Below, one piece after another: positions 26,601-39,521 of a stretch of DNA of 64,000 bases. This DNA is from Takakia lepidozioides (lineage: Eukaryota; Plantae; Bryophyta): assembly GCA_030704615.1 (NCBI GenBank), contig CM060733.1:29450001-29514000 (forward strand), given 5' to 3'. Each line of letters begins with the position of its first letter. Positions within the stretch are counted from its first letter, which is position 1. The notes under the pieces were generated by a model that was not told where the DNA came from, ran no database searches, and was given only the letters and a program-made list of their open reading frames with translations. The translations under genes were made by a program, and so were the position numbers.

Positions 26601-26803
26601 GTGAGCAACATGTCTGTACCTTCCTTCGGCATCCCTGCAGCCTGTCCAGGCGTCACAGCCACCACTCGCAAGGGTCCGGGGCCGGCAATTCCCAAACTGG
26701 ATACCCACTTCCGCTTCACTGCCCGACCCATTACTCTCCTGCATGATCTGACGCAATCCCCTTCTGCCCCTGCACTGAGAATGGCAGCGGCGTCCGCTGC
26801 CAT
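23647..26803 (-). CDS. PDF-motif (OSB-like) plus PLS-class PPR protein, about 758 aa, ending within E1
   Basis: Model: exon 1 26803-26620 (phase 1, transit-peptide-like), exon 2 25993-25914, exon 3 25659-23647; all GT-AG and in frame. Splicing rebuilds LWQEFFSDPSEWWDNRFDK|RSPRSPDFRHKRTKEVLWIDSWSNPPWV. Then L-S-(PLS)x4-P2-L2-S2-E1(partial). Exon 1 is less certain. Confidence 0.9.
26143..26412 (+). mobile_element. 3' fragment of the RTE-like LINE family seen at 61.4-64 kb, antisense within PPR intron 1
   Basis: PLFTNFENL..LLG..WA.HT.Q.DAC.KG and 3' UTR GACAAAGGTAGTTT..CCCTTT..TTCCGC.CAAACTGGGCGC..AACAACGTCT match the reverse complement of 61400-61690. Confidence 0.85.
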
Positions 26804-28186
26804 CCTTGGTGTGTGTGAGAATCTAGTATCCAGGAATGGTTGTGAGATTTCAATTTAGTCTTGCACAACAGGTTCGCGTCTTGGACTCTACAGGCTGGGC
26901 CCCATCCGTCCTTTCTTTCTGCAGTTAAGGCCTCAGCTTGGTCATGGACATGGAAAGAAAAACCCATGTCAAAGGGCCATGAGCCCAGCTAACATCAAAG
27001 ATTGGTAACACCTAAGCCGCCAAGCATGGGCAAGCTTGAGAACTAGCAAGGATCAGTGAGAAGAACACAAGTTGAGACCAAGGTGCTGAAGGCCTCGCTT
27101 CGTGGCTCTTGGAGGTTATTTTTTCCTCCCTTTCTTAACAAGCGGCTCCTCTTTGTGAATAGTGAATCTTCTTTCATCCATAATAAGCTTGAAATTTCAT
27201 CCATTTATACTTGAGAGATGTTACCTGAGGGAGGTATTACCTGGAGGGACTTCATGAAGTGGTCACGAAGTAGTGTCAGCCTCCATGGCACCCTCCTCAC
27301 GTTATTTTTTCCTCTTTTGTACCCGGTGGACGTTTTTGTCCCCCTTCTTTATAAAGTTCAAGGGTGGCCACTACTTTTTCTTCAGGAACAAAAAAAAAAA
27401 AAATCAACAAAGGAGATGAGGTGACACCTGGGGAAGGCACCACAGGGGCTTAGGGATTTTTGACACTGATGCGTAGTCTCCTCTTTACCAATTTATATAT
27501 ATATATATGCAACATGCAAGACCAAGAGGGTGGGTTTTGTTATGAAAGTGCTCTCTTTGCTGCTTCTGCCCATCCCATTGTTGCGCCTTTGGCGAGTGGT
27601 TGTGGCTTTTCTTCCCAGCAGATCCACATATATATATCCGGGTTGGGATCCGCCAGGGGTTTGAGGGTGAATCAAACATCCGTGCAACATTGGTAGGCAC
27701 CTTATGTGCGGTCAAATTTGGCAAATTTATTTCTTTTTCAGGTAGTTATTCTGATTTTTCACCTTGGGGGTCATTTTTTTGCAAGAAATTCAAATTTACC
27801 CACTGTGCGCCTAGGGGGTTAACGAGAGAAGGAAGCCCATGCAAATGTACGACTCATGTGGACTGGCATACATGAGGCAAGAACCGTTAAGTTATATATA
27901 CATTACCCGAGACCTCATATCCAAGTCTTCACTCCCTTTCTAGTGTTTGCACTAAGAGCTCTACTCTCACAAGCCCAACTTGCATCTCTTTGCGTTGAGA
28001 CGGTATGTGGGCAATGCTTTGAGGTTTGCGAGATATTATGGTGACTACCGACAACGTTTGTCAATTGTCAGGAGGTCTTGTTTATGTATAGCTGAGATTC
28101 TAGCTGATATATAGCATGTCAGCAGGTCTACAATATTCGAGCTGATAACATGCCCACATTTTCTTGCAGGTGCATTTAAAACGATC

Positions 28187-28947
28187 ATGGCACTACCGAG
28201 AGTTGCTTTGATCAATTTTGGTGTCTATCTGTTGTTTCTTGTGGCTACTGGTTTGAATCCCCTCCACACATATATTCTATATTTCTAGCTCATTTCTACT
28301 ACTTTTGCAAGTCTCATTATGGCTGCTCCGATTTCAATTGGCATGAAATTAGGTCCTTTGTCACCTCATGTTGGCTATTGATTTGGATGTATGTCGCTTA
28401 CTGAAATGAGTCATGCTTGTGTTTGTTTGTTTGTTTGCACCTAAACTGCTTAATGATATTAATATGTTTTACACATCACAGATTGGGGGGATTACTTGTT
28501 CCGGCCATGAGAAAAGAGTCAAAGATTTGGTCCCGATATCCAAGGTTATTCAGTCTTGGTTGAAACCACATCACACCCATCCCACCAACTTTCTTATCTA
28601 GGACATGTTCATAGTTGAAGTATCGCCTCTGCGTTTGTGCGCGGGTCGTGGTTGTATCAGGATCAGCAGAGTTTCAGCCTGTCTGTGAAACTTCTGGAGC
28701 TAGCCCGGTGACTGCAGACTGCGCGGCAATAATTTCTTATTTCGCGAATCTTGGCGGAAGTTGTTGTAACAATAATCGCTTCGCAAGCCTATGCACCACC
28801 CAAATTGATACTAACAATTGCGCCGTTGGGATTTGTGGAGGTTTTGATTGTCAACCCTGCAGGCTAGTAGCCGACTATGTGGCTGCCATAATGGGCCAAG
28901 CGCAGTCAATCGATGGGCATTACATTCTGGTGGCTATGAATATATGA
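28187..28947 (+). CDS. Small secreted cysteine-rich protein (2 coding exons), resembling fungal Ecp2/Hce2- or KP4-type proteins
   Basis: Exon 1 28187-28250 encodes signal peptide MALPRVALINFGVYLLFLVATG. Phase-1 GT-AG intron. Exon 2 28661-28947 encodes SAEFQPVCETSGASPVTADC...CC...C...C...C...C..C. A 5'UTR intron (about 28003-28169) and a TATA-like element at about 27892 are also present. Family assignment is tentative. Confidence 0.75.
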
Positions 28948-30339
28948 ACGAGAATTCGGGTCTGAAGATCATACTTTTCTAAAGCTAAGTTGTATCAATG
29001 AGAGTCACTTCGGAAGGAACTATGTGGAATCACAACCGTGAGTTATATATATATATATATATATGATGCCAACCTGAGTTAGCATAAATAAGAGTCTCTT
29101 CCCCTTGCAGGTACCACCTCTTTATACAAACTAAATATACTACGTCGTGAATAAATCGTCGCCCGATAGGCGAGAGATGATATGACGTCAATGACTTTCT
29201 ACCCAAGTTAGGGCCGTGTTGAACAATCAAACTCTTGTCGATTGACGGGACTACTTGGGGGCAGTTTGGAACAAGGCCAGTGCAAGGAGGAGAGAATCGA
29301 GCTCTCTGAACGATCATGCCTGTTGTTGCTCCCATGGCTGCGTGCGTACGTCACTTTGGAGTTGTATTGGTTTTCTGAGCGACATTAATGTCTTTGAATA
29401 AAAAGAGATGCCATAACTTATCATGATAACATGTTTGGCCTTGCCAATTAATACTATGGATTTGATTTGTCTTTATTCTGTTTAATTTTTTGGGACTATA
29501 TATTAAAATAATCTTCAACATAATGTTGGGTTGGTCCCTTAAGGATACATATTCCTCATGTGATATTTGTGTGTTCCTGCATCTATGATGAATTGTGTGA
29601 TTGTAGGTGGACGTACAACTCCGGTGTTTTTAATGAATGCAAATATAAATGAAAACCACCATGTGCTCAACATTATTGTTGGTGTCCAGGGGAGTAGTGT
29701 ATAAATCTATAAATCTTATTCGTTCAATTAATCCCTAAGCGTGGGGGGCGGTTGGCGGGCCACCCCCAAACAGGACGTAATGTCAAGGATGAGGCTGTAT
29801 ATATATGTCAGCAAACATTCATCCACGTAAATGAACCTTACCAACATGTAGTGGGCCTACCATATCTACCTACTCACGAATTTGTGGATGAATTGACCTT
29901 AGAATTGGCATATCATCATAAAAATCAACGATATATTTTCCAACTTCACACAAATGTAGTAGATAGTCTATACTACACACCATCAATTTCCTTTGGATTG
30001 TCTTGAAATGTGAGTTGCAGATGACCTTTGGAAGTAAACTTAATGGCCAAATGCAATTCCTTTTGATCCTAGAGGGTATTTGCACTACAGTCAAACATGG
30101 ATAAATGTTACCTCTTTTTTTGTTATATCATCCTAAATGTTATGGTTTTCTTACTCTGTAAAAATATACACTAAGAATGACAAAAAGAGTGTTATTTGTT
30201 ATTTGTTATTGAATACCTACTCTCCTCTTTGTTAAGACACCTTTGTAATTGTTACATTCAATAAAATAATAATAATGGTACTAGTATTCGAATTCAAATT
30301 CACTATTGAAATGGACGTTTGAACTATCGAGATGGGCAT

Positions 30340-31365
30340 TTGTACTATTGAAAATACTGAAGGGGCATTGGCTGAAGTAATATGCTAGTCCAAAGTTGAG
30401 ATTACAATTGGGCAGCTATTAGCTGTGGCACCCCACTGTAGACACAGACTATATCAAGCAATCAATCAGATTGCTCATGTGACAGAAAATACAGACCTGA
30501 ACAGCAAGGTGATAAGCTATAATGTGAAGCCTGAAGGGCGAGAAACTATCATGGACTTTGATGATTCCATGCCAGTAATCCAATTGAGGATTGGGAGCAC
30601 AGACCTGACTGATGTACTGATAGATGGAGGCTCGGAGTGAATATCATGACAGACCAATTGACGCAGAAGCTTGGTCTGAGTAACATGAAACCAGTCCCAT
30701 TCACAGTAACAATGGCAGATCAAAGAAGTATACAACCATTGCGCTTGATATGTTGTGGTGTAGTAACAGCAACACCAATAGAGGGGGAAGGAAACAGTTA
30801 CCCATCACATTTCTATGAAGAAAGAGAGGGAGAAATAGAAATCCTAGAGGAACCAGCCACCATTAGTTTGCAGGATGAAATAGTGGCCGGATGGACAATC
30901 ACAGCTGAAGAGCAGGTGAGAGAAGTGAATTTGGGAACTGAGGAAGAACCAAGAATGGTTAAAATAGGAGTAGACTTGGAACCTGAATTCTTTGAGGAAG
31001 CCAAAAGTTTGTTCATAAAATACAAGAATGTATTTGCATGGAGTTATGAAGACTTGAAAGGGATACCGCCTGAGATTTGCTAACACAAGATTGAGTTGGA
31101 ACCTGATGTTGTACCCGTTAAGCAAGCACGGTATAGAATGAATCCCAATTATGCACAGAAGGTGGGAGAGGAGATCAAGAAACTGGCTGATGCTAGGTTC
31201 ATATACCCAATAGAGTACACAACGTGGCTATCACCCATTATGATAGTACCAAAGAAGAATGGCAAACTGAGAGTTTGTGTTAACTACAAGAAACTGAATG
31301 ACTACACAAAGAAGGATCCATTTCCTTTGCCATTCACATAAGCTGTACTAGATACTGTGGCCAGG
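30340..31365 (+). mobile_element. Ty3/Gypsy pol fragment (protease and start of RT), degenerate
   Basis: VLIDGGS(G)VNIM protease motif; VFAWSYEDLKGI..HKIEL..PVKQARYRMNP..WLSPIMIVPKKNGKLRVCV.Y.KLN..T.KDPFPLP. Confidence 0.92.
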
Positions 31366-34194
31366 AGAACCCTAACCGACGCTTATTAGGGTTTGGGGGG
31401 CCTCCAGGGAACTCGAGAATCTCGTGGTAGGGTACTGCGAATGTTTACGAGAACATAACAGTAGGTTAAGCACTATGTGATGACACCTTCAGTGCTACTG
31501 AGATACTATGAGCGTATGTCTGAAGAAGAGAGGAAGCATCGGTGCTACCATTGTACGTGTCGGCATGTCTTGTTATGCGGTGGATCGAGAATCCAACAAG
31601 AAGCTGCGTTTGTAGATTAAATGTGAGGTTCCACATTGGTCTAGATTTTGCCTTGAGAGCAAATGTTTCAAAGTGCTCTTTCAAAGTGTTTATCCATGGA
31701 GAAGGAATTACATCTTGCATTAGACGTATGCGATTGGAGCTTGGTTTCTTGAAGTAGTATAATGTGGGGGGGATTCGATTCTCGAAGTATAAGTGATAGG
31801 GTGGGGACACTAGAGGCGATGGAGCCAACATTCCATGTAAAACATATTAGTGGTTGATCTAGTAGGTAGTCTTGTGGGGTATGAAGGGGAAGATAGTTGG
31901 AGGGAGGGGGATGGTTGGTGGTGAGATTGGTGTGATAGCATCAAGGCTAAACGACGGGGCTGGTTGTGGTGCATGTTTGCCGGATGTGCAAAAACCAGGT
32001 ACGTATGTAAGGATTTTTAGTGTGGCAGAGAGGATCTCCGGCGAGAGAGGTGCAAAGTTTGTGTTCGTCAAACATAGGTCGAGATCTTAGTTTGAGAATT
32101 TTCTTTTATAATATAATGATGAGCGATGGCTGCACATTTGGTTGTTCAACACCGTTAACACCGGTTGTATAGATGTAGGATACCAAGTATTGAGCATATC
32201 TGTATGAGGGTAGGGGTAATGACAACTGTGACCATGAGCCACGACTTGACCTAAATTTCTGAGGCAATTAGATTAATTGGTCGTTCAACCCTATACTAGG
32301 GGTAGCTTGTGTCGTTGGCCCAAGTGTCTAGTGTTATCTATGTCCAATTGCAACCCATATGTATCCGGAAACCCCACTGTTTGGGAGATCTAGGATAGCG
32401 GCCTGTACCATTGGCCCATGTGTGAAGAATTGAAATCTAAGCCCAAGTGCAATCTCGTATTCTTGTATCCAAGTGCATCTCCCATGTAAAGGCTCAAGTG
32501 TCCAGTGCCATCTAAGCCCAAGTGCAATATCCTATGTATCCAAATACGTCTCCCATGTTAAGGCTAAAAAAAAAAAAAATCTATGAATTTATATTACAAA
32601 TTCTCCCATATAAATATCTAAACATTCATTCATTTTAGGAATTTACATCCAGTCAGGAAGTTGACATACTAAGATGTAGACAAAACCACATAGGGTCGAA
32701 CGCCAGACCCCACTATATGTGCGGTCACCATGACATAATCTTTAAAACACCATTTTAAGTAAATATGGACAAAAGGATGAAATCTGGACATCTGTTAAAT
32801 AATTATAAATATGGAAAATATTATATTCAGTATTAACAATGCATTAAAGCTTACAATTTTGGATTTTCCAGGATTGGTCCGAAAAGTAGCATCGTCATTT
32901 GCAAAATAAATGACAAGCAAGACACTATGTTGAATTTGAGGAGATCGCTCGTGAGTATATTCATGGAGGGAAGATCTCCCGTGCACTCGATAGGTAGTTT
33001 CTCGCAACTTACGCGAAACGAATCATTTGATTATTACATGTCAATGGTGAGAGAAGATGAGAGGAGCTTTCCCGTGAAAACGTAACAAATGCATGTCAAT
33101 ATCATATATGAAACAAAGTAAGAGCTTTAAAACCACAATGGGTCGTGACTCAAAATTATTGGTAGAAACATTGGAATAATGTTTTTGAATTATTGAAACT
33201 TAAGGGATAGAAAAATCTTTGTCACATTGAGGACATGAATTAACAAACGAAATGCATTGAACCGACAAATACAAGGTCAGATACCATGTCAAATACAATT
33301 TCAAGTACAATGTCAGCTTGCTGCAGGTGCTTTGAGACCTCCTCCCGCCAGGGGAGATCTCCCGTGCTCAATACGAGAAGCGTCGAGCCGTCAAATCAAA
33401 AGAAAATAAAGATCTAGAAACATCCACGTGAACTGGTCATCCAGAAATTAAAACTGTCCGGTAAGACAACAGTTATTTGTCACCCTCCGAATACCAAATA
33501 AGAATGCAGGAAATGCCTAACAGACGTCGAGACATAGCAGGGGAAGACCTCCCGTGCTACAACTGAAAGGGAAGATATGAAGGTTTTGGACCAGACAAAA
33601 TCCTCATCATCTTCAGAAAATGAAAACATTTGCGAATCCTTACTATATTCGACAATGAGCTCTAAGAAAAATATAATAATCATGATCGGAAATAGTCAAA
33701 TCACTGTAGCACGAGACATCTCCCGAGCATTATGTGTAAGGGAGAAAACCATCAACCACCATGGGAAATCGGCAGTCCGACATACGAAATGCGTGGAACC
33801 GTCAGACGGAAACAAATAAAAATGTACAACCATTCACATCCACTGGCCATTCTAAAATTCAAAATTTTGGAGATCAGAACAAAAGCTATTTGTTCGTGGA
33901 TTAAAAAAAATCCAATAAGTAACACAATTTTAAGTAAATCTGGACTAAAGTTTGGTCCAGAAATAAGGAGAAATATCTGAATATTTTTTTTAAATCATTT
34001 AAATGAATTTAAATGGATCATTTTAAATATAAATATAAAGATATAAGTAATTGTTTGTCTATTGATATATGATATGAGCAATAAAGAAACATTATGTATA
34101 AATTTCACGAGAAAAAACAGTTTTTATTTGGTTCATAAAGCAAGTTCCACTATTCACTCAACATTTAGTACGAGTTGAATGAAATACCAACAGT

Positions 34195-34420
34195 CAGTAG
34201 CTCAATTGGTGAAGTGCACTAAGTGCCACCCAGATGATTATAGGGTCAAATCTTGCTATTTGACGAGTGTGGTATGTTCCTGGGTGGTGTCCCATTCCAA
34301 CGCCACATGGCGGGGTTATTGTGAAAGAGGTTATTTTCTCCTCTCACTATTAAGGGGGCATGATTTGTGAGCTGTCACTCCCAGGTGTTTCCATTACATT
34401 AAAAAATAAATTAAAAAAAT
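34195..34420 (+). mobile_element. Degenerate tRNA-derived SINE-like element
   Basis: A-box TAGCTCAATTGG, B-box-like GGTCAAATC, A-rich tail; no complete cloverleaf. Confidence 0.45.
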
Positions 34421-36183
34421 GGGTGCCGGGTGATAACTCGCTTCACGATCCGCGGCCTGATGGATGATTGGAGCACCTTATGCCTTAGTCATATTCGTAA
34501 CCGCGACTGAGCTTATGAAGGCCGTTACTATATAATATACAAGGCAAATCAATCAAATATGTGAGCAAAACATGGCACAATGACACAATACCATGACATG
34601 AAATGAAAGACAATGGGGAGACATTGATGATAAACAACCAGGTTAAATTATTTCAGAACCATGTCAATTTGAGTAAGTTTTGTCATGCGGCATAGACCAA
34701 TACAAATAACGTAAACCATGTCAATGAGAGTATCAACTTCTAGAAAGAGGGTTGAACTCCGGTAACACAAGACGATGTCGGCCGACGTACTTTTGATGAA
34801 AATATTTTGAGGAAAGTCATTTCCGAAAATCACGATATTTTGACAAGGTTAAACAGACCATTTTCAAATCTGTATTCTTCCATTGTTCCGAAGGTTTTTG
34901 TCAGCAGAAGATGGAAGAAGTCCTTGAAATGCTGTCTCGGGTATCGTGGATATGGTGATGACTTCACAAAAAATATCCTCCAATATTACGCCAACCAACA
35001 ATGTCTTGTGCGATCGAAGTTCAGCTGTACTTCTCGAAGAATTGGTGGTCTTGCAGACTTCCAGTGAATCGTGAAGATGATGAATTACTCGTATGCTCTT
35101 CAAAACATAATGTCCAAGTAACCGACCCTAGAGTAAGATGTTGAAAGTATCCAATTATGAAGTAAGTATGCTGCTCGTATGCTTCTGGATAGTGGCTCAG
35201 TGGCGAGTACGTTGACATGCAAAGTGTGACGTTTTCTACGAGATCTTCAAGGAAATACTGTTAAGTGACTAGTCAAGGTTCATCTGTGACGAGCTGTGGT
35301 ACTTCTGACGATTTACTGTAAAGCACTCGTAAACTGTTCCGCAACTAAATAATCTCCAACTGAATAACCACCAACTAATTGATTGGAGCTGTCACAAACA
35401 ATGTTAAAAATCCTATTTATTGCTAGGTGTTTGATGCTATTGTTGTTCCTGTAACTGAATTGTATAGTAGTCGTTTTGCTATTCACATGCGAACAGTATC
35501 AGGTCCCCATAGACTGTCATATTCAGACTCCCGGATCAGCCACGGCCCACCATCATTGACCAATATAAAACCATCAGCTGCATGTCAGCTGAAAACTACA
35601 TCTTCAATTCATTGTATGCGACTCCAGAGAAACACCCTAGCCACAAGTAGTTGGCCAACAGCTTGAGATATTTCTCCGGGCTGTGATAGAATGAACTGGA
35701 GATTTCATTCTTAGCTGATGGTTTCATGTAGGTGTTGCCTGATTCCGATTTCGGAATATGACAGTCTCAGTGGACCTGATGTTGTTGGAATGGGAATAAC
35801 AAAAAGACTCATATAAAAATCAGCTACATGAACATATGCAATATCAAACATCTTGAAGTACATATGATTGTTGAGATTGTTTGCGACGGTGTTCCTCCTT
35901 TGGCGTCCAGTCCACATGAAAACGACGAGAATGACGCTGGAGATTGACGGTCAATTGCTGACATTCTGCCTCATCGTAACACCATTTTGATGTGCAATGA
36001 TGGACATCAGAACAGGTCAGCTATTAGAAAAACACGCGTGATCGCGTGATGGTAATTGTTGGTGTTCCTCAAAAGAATAATGAATCTCCAAACGAAGGAT
36101 ATAGGAACCAAAAAATACACCACGAGGATGCTGTCAATCGTTGGAGATCGGATTATACAAGCATGGAAAATGACTTCAAATAA

Positions 36184-36937
36184 CACTACAACAGATCGCG
36201 ATAATTATGACTGTCAAACCGTGGTAGTCATGGTTTTCTTGACTTTGACCATGACTGCACCATGTTTTTATATGAAATTGACATCCCGCAGTCTGTATGA
36301 CTACATGGCTCCGGAATGGGTGGAAGGCTGGTCAATGGCAATTGACCAGATTTAGCTCACCACTGATAGTCATTTCCATGACTACAGTGTACATGGATGA
36401 GGTTACATAGTCATGATGACTACTGGGGATTTTGTAATTTGGTGTGTATAATACAATTAAAACACCATATGATTACATGAATGACTAATGGGTGTATTGG
36501 TTAGTAGGTAGTGAATTATAACTCTTATAGTAAAGAGGTTGGAGGTTCAAATTCCTATAAGTACAATCAAATAGATAAGATGGCATTAGGGTTAGTAGGG
36601 TGGTACCTTATATGGACTGCCACGTGGTTTTTATTATTATTATAAAATACATTATGCCACATGGCACAACGCGGTACGACGCGGCGTCTGAAATATATAT
36701 ATATTAATCAATTGCGCCTCGACATGTGGCGCGGCATCGGCGACTACAGTATGGTATATATGACTGCAGTGAGTGATATCACTTGGTTTATCTGACTATA
36801 GTCATCCGGACCGTACCGTCCTGTACTCATTGTATTCACTTGGTTTGCACGACTTACAATCATAGAAGTCATATGTACCGTTTATGACTGCAAAATAGTC
36901 ATATATACAGTCATAAATACCGCGATATGTTGTAGTG
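36184..36937. mobile_element. Non-autonomous CACTA element
   Basis: TIRs CACTACAACAGATCGCG / CGCGATATGTTGTAGTG match 16/17. Flanks TAA/CAA. Subterminal ATGACT/AGTCAT repeats. Confidence 0.88.
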
Positions 36938-37972
36938 CAACTTAAAGACTAGGATTTTAAAATACTTGAACAATCCGCCAAGGAACAAGTGACACCATCA
37001 GCTCGGATGATTTGAGTGCGTGTTTTGAAACACATCAATGAATCATCCAGGACGATGGTGTGAAATATTCCGGGACAGATTATCCGAATACCTTGAGTTC
37101 CTTCGCTGTAACTGACCTAAAGTAACTCACTATGCCTGCAGAATCTTCACAACTTCAAATGACAACATTTTCGTTGTTAATTGCGTGAGCATATAAAAAG
37201 CATCATTCCGACCAATGACAAGTGACACTGTTGAGGTAATATAACACTTTGGTAGTCGGCTGGAGAACCAGGACGATGCTGAAGTCCGCTTTTCGATCGC
37301 GCGACAGATCTTTGTTTCTACCACCATTGAGAACCACAACGCCGAGTGCATCCAGATTTCAATCAACCACGATGGTGCCCTCAGTTCATCAGGGAAGAAA
37401 TTTCGAAGCCGCCAAAATTACTTCAATCCATTTGAAGAGAGATTTTAACAGAGCTTCACAATCCGCTCAGAAACACATGAGACGACCATCGTGGGTGCAA
37501 CGATGCAATGGCGTGAGCGCGCGAGCGTGCACCCACGTTGACGTGACGTGAGCATGATGTCAGCAGGCTGATATGGCGACAAATGCTGATGTGGCACTGC
37601 GCCGTCATCTGTCACGTCAGCATGAACATGCGCCGCCTATAACCGAGGATGGTCCTATGACCGTGGGATTAATGCAGTGAATCCTTGGCTGAATACAATG
37701 AAGACTACCATGGGGCCTACAATTGTAACATCCAACATTGTGCAATTACAAATGTTTCGAAATGTGCAATGATGCATGTGCTTTTAAAAGTTGTCACTCA
37801 GAGTTCACTTAGTATAGTTGAAAGCATAATGGAGGGATAAGGGACGCCATATCATTGCACCGCCGACGATGTTGCAAACGAATTGATTTGAATTGAATTT
37901 CCATGACAATGTTGCAAATTGCACATTTCATAGCATGGTCGTCCATATACCACATTGCATAGCAGATGCTAC

Positions 37973-39090
37973 CTATGTGTTGTATCCCGCTGCAATAGAG
38001 TATCGACCTCGTTGAAACTTAAAGTGGTCTGATGAACGAAGTTGTCACGTTTGGGATCGCAAACCATCCTCTTCAAAAATATGAAATACAAATGTTTGCA
38101 GGGTATGAATTTACCTCTCTTGCCCAAACTGGTTGATAGCATATTCACAAAATCAGGACATGTGCAATTGGGGAATTGGAAATCGTGATGCCGTAGGCCC
38201 TGTCATGAACAACAGATGTCGAAGTGATCATTGTGTATACCCGATCATATCCTGGATCGGGAACTTCCGTGGTGCTTGCAACACGAGCTTGGAGCATTCT
38301 TGCGGACTCCACTATGCCGAAGTGTTCAGCGGTTGGAGGGAAACGCCGAACCAGCTTTCCATCTCGTTTGGTTGGCCATAAGTGAGGATTTGGCGGAGGA
38401 ACCCAAGAGGATGCAGAAGTAGAAGCACATGCATGCAGTTGGGGTTGTCTTGTAAGGGAAAAGTTTGCCTCCTCCAGCATTGCAATCTCCTGACTCGTGA
38501 GATGTGTTCTCACCTTGACGGGCCAAACGGTTGGAGAAGCTGGCTTCATCACCACGGAAGGACGCGCAGTTCCATGCACATATCTACTACAATCGTCTGC
38601 GCAGAACCAGAACTTGTGGTTTTTGGCTTCTAGTTGGCCGTATGGACACATCACACTCGTGAAAGTCGGAGTATGAGTCCGAGCACCACCTCTGGATATA
38701 GATGAAGTGCACTTTTCAAAATTAGTTGCCCTGATCGTTGTACATTTAACACGAGACCCTGCACTTGGGCGTTTTATGTGTCAAACGTGGTCAGGGCATG
38801 TGGACTCCAACACATCAAGGGGGTAGTTTCTCTCCTGCATCATTTCAGTGGGGCACTGTTTGATGCTGGAGCCTGCCGTCGTGTCGGAGGTTCCTACAGA
38901 ATGGAGGTTCCGGACAACGATCTGTCATGTAGGGGAACATGAGGCTTCGAGAAGTTATCACAGTTTGTCCTGTGCGAATCGGAATCCGAGCCAGGTGGGG
39001 TGTTCAATTTCCTCTTACAGGAGCCGAATCTCTCCTCCCCTTCAAGATGTGGAATTCTAGAAACAAATGGCGTTCCATGAGCATATAACA
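37973..39090 (-). pseudogene. C-terminal part of a SWIM zinc-finger protein, probably a Mutator-like transposase
   Basis: GTPFVSRIPHLEGEERFGSCKRK..DSHR; FWFCADD..R.V.G..WPVK..T.LT..EI..LE.A.F; SWIM motif PNCTCPDF...IPCKHLYFIF...VHQTTLSFNEV. Frameshifted, and 5'-truncated at the tandem array. Confidence 0.72.
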
Positions 39091-39114
39091 AAAATAAAAA
39101 CAAAACCAAAAAAA

Positions 39115-39490
39115 CAGAAGTGATGATTGGCGGCACCGACAGAAGTTATGGTCGGCACCGACCATCGCATCCACCCTAATGCCAAATGTCAAAAGCCACC
39201 TTAAATTTATTTACAAATAAATAAATAAAATCGGAAAGTGATGATCGGCGGCACCGACAGAAGTGATGGTTGGCACTGACCATCACATCCACCCAAATAC
39301 CAAATGTCAAAAGCCAAAAAAAAAAAAAAAACATAAAGTGATGATCGGCGATATTGACAGAAGCGATGGTTGGCACCGACCATCGCATCCGCCCTAATGC
39401 CGAATGTCAAAAGCCAAAAAAAAAGATCGGCGGCACTGACAGAAGTGATGGTCGGCACCGACCATCACATCCACCCAAATGCCAAATGTG

Positions 39491-39521
<31 letters not shown>

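Noticed and set aside
31368-32560. Possible second Dualen-like or telomere-associated fragment (AACCCTAA...TTAGGGTT, C-rich minus strand)
   Set aside because: No recognisable domain motif and only single telomere-like words; insufficient support.
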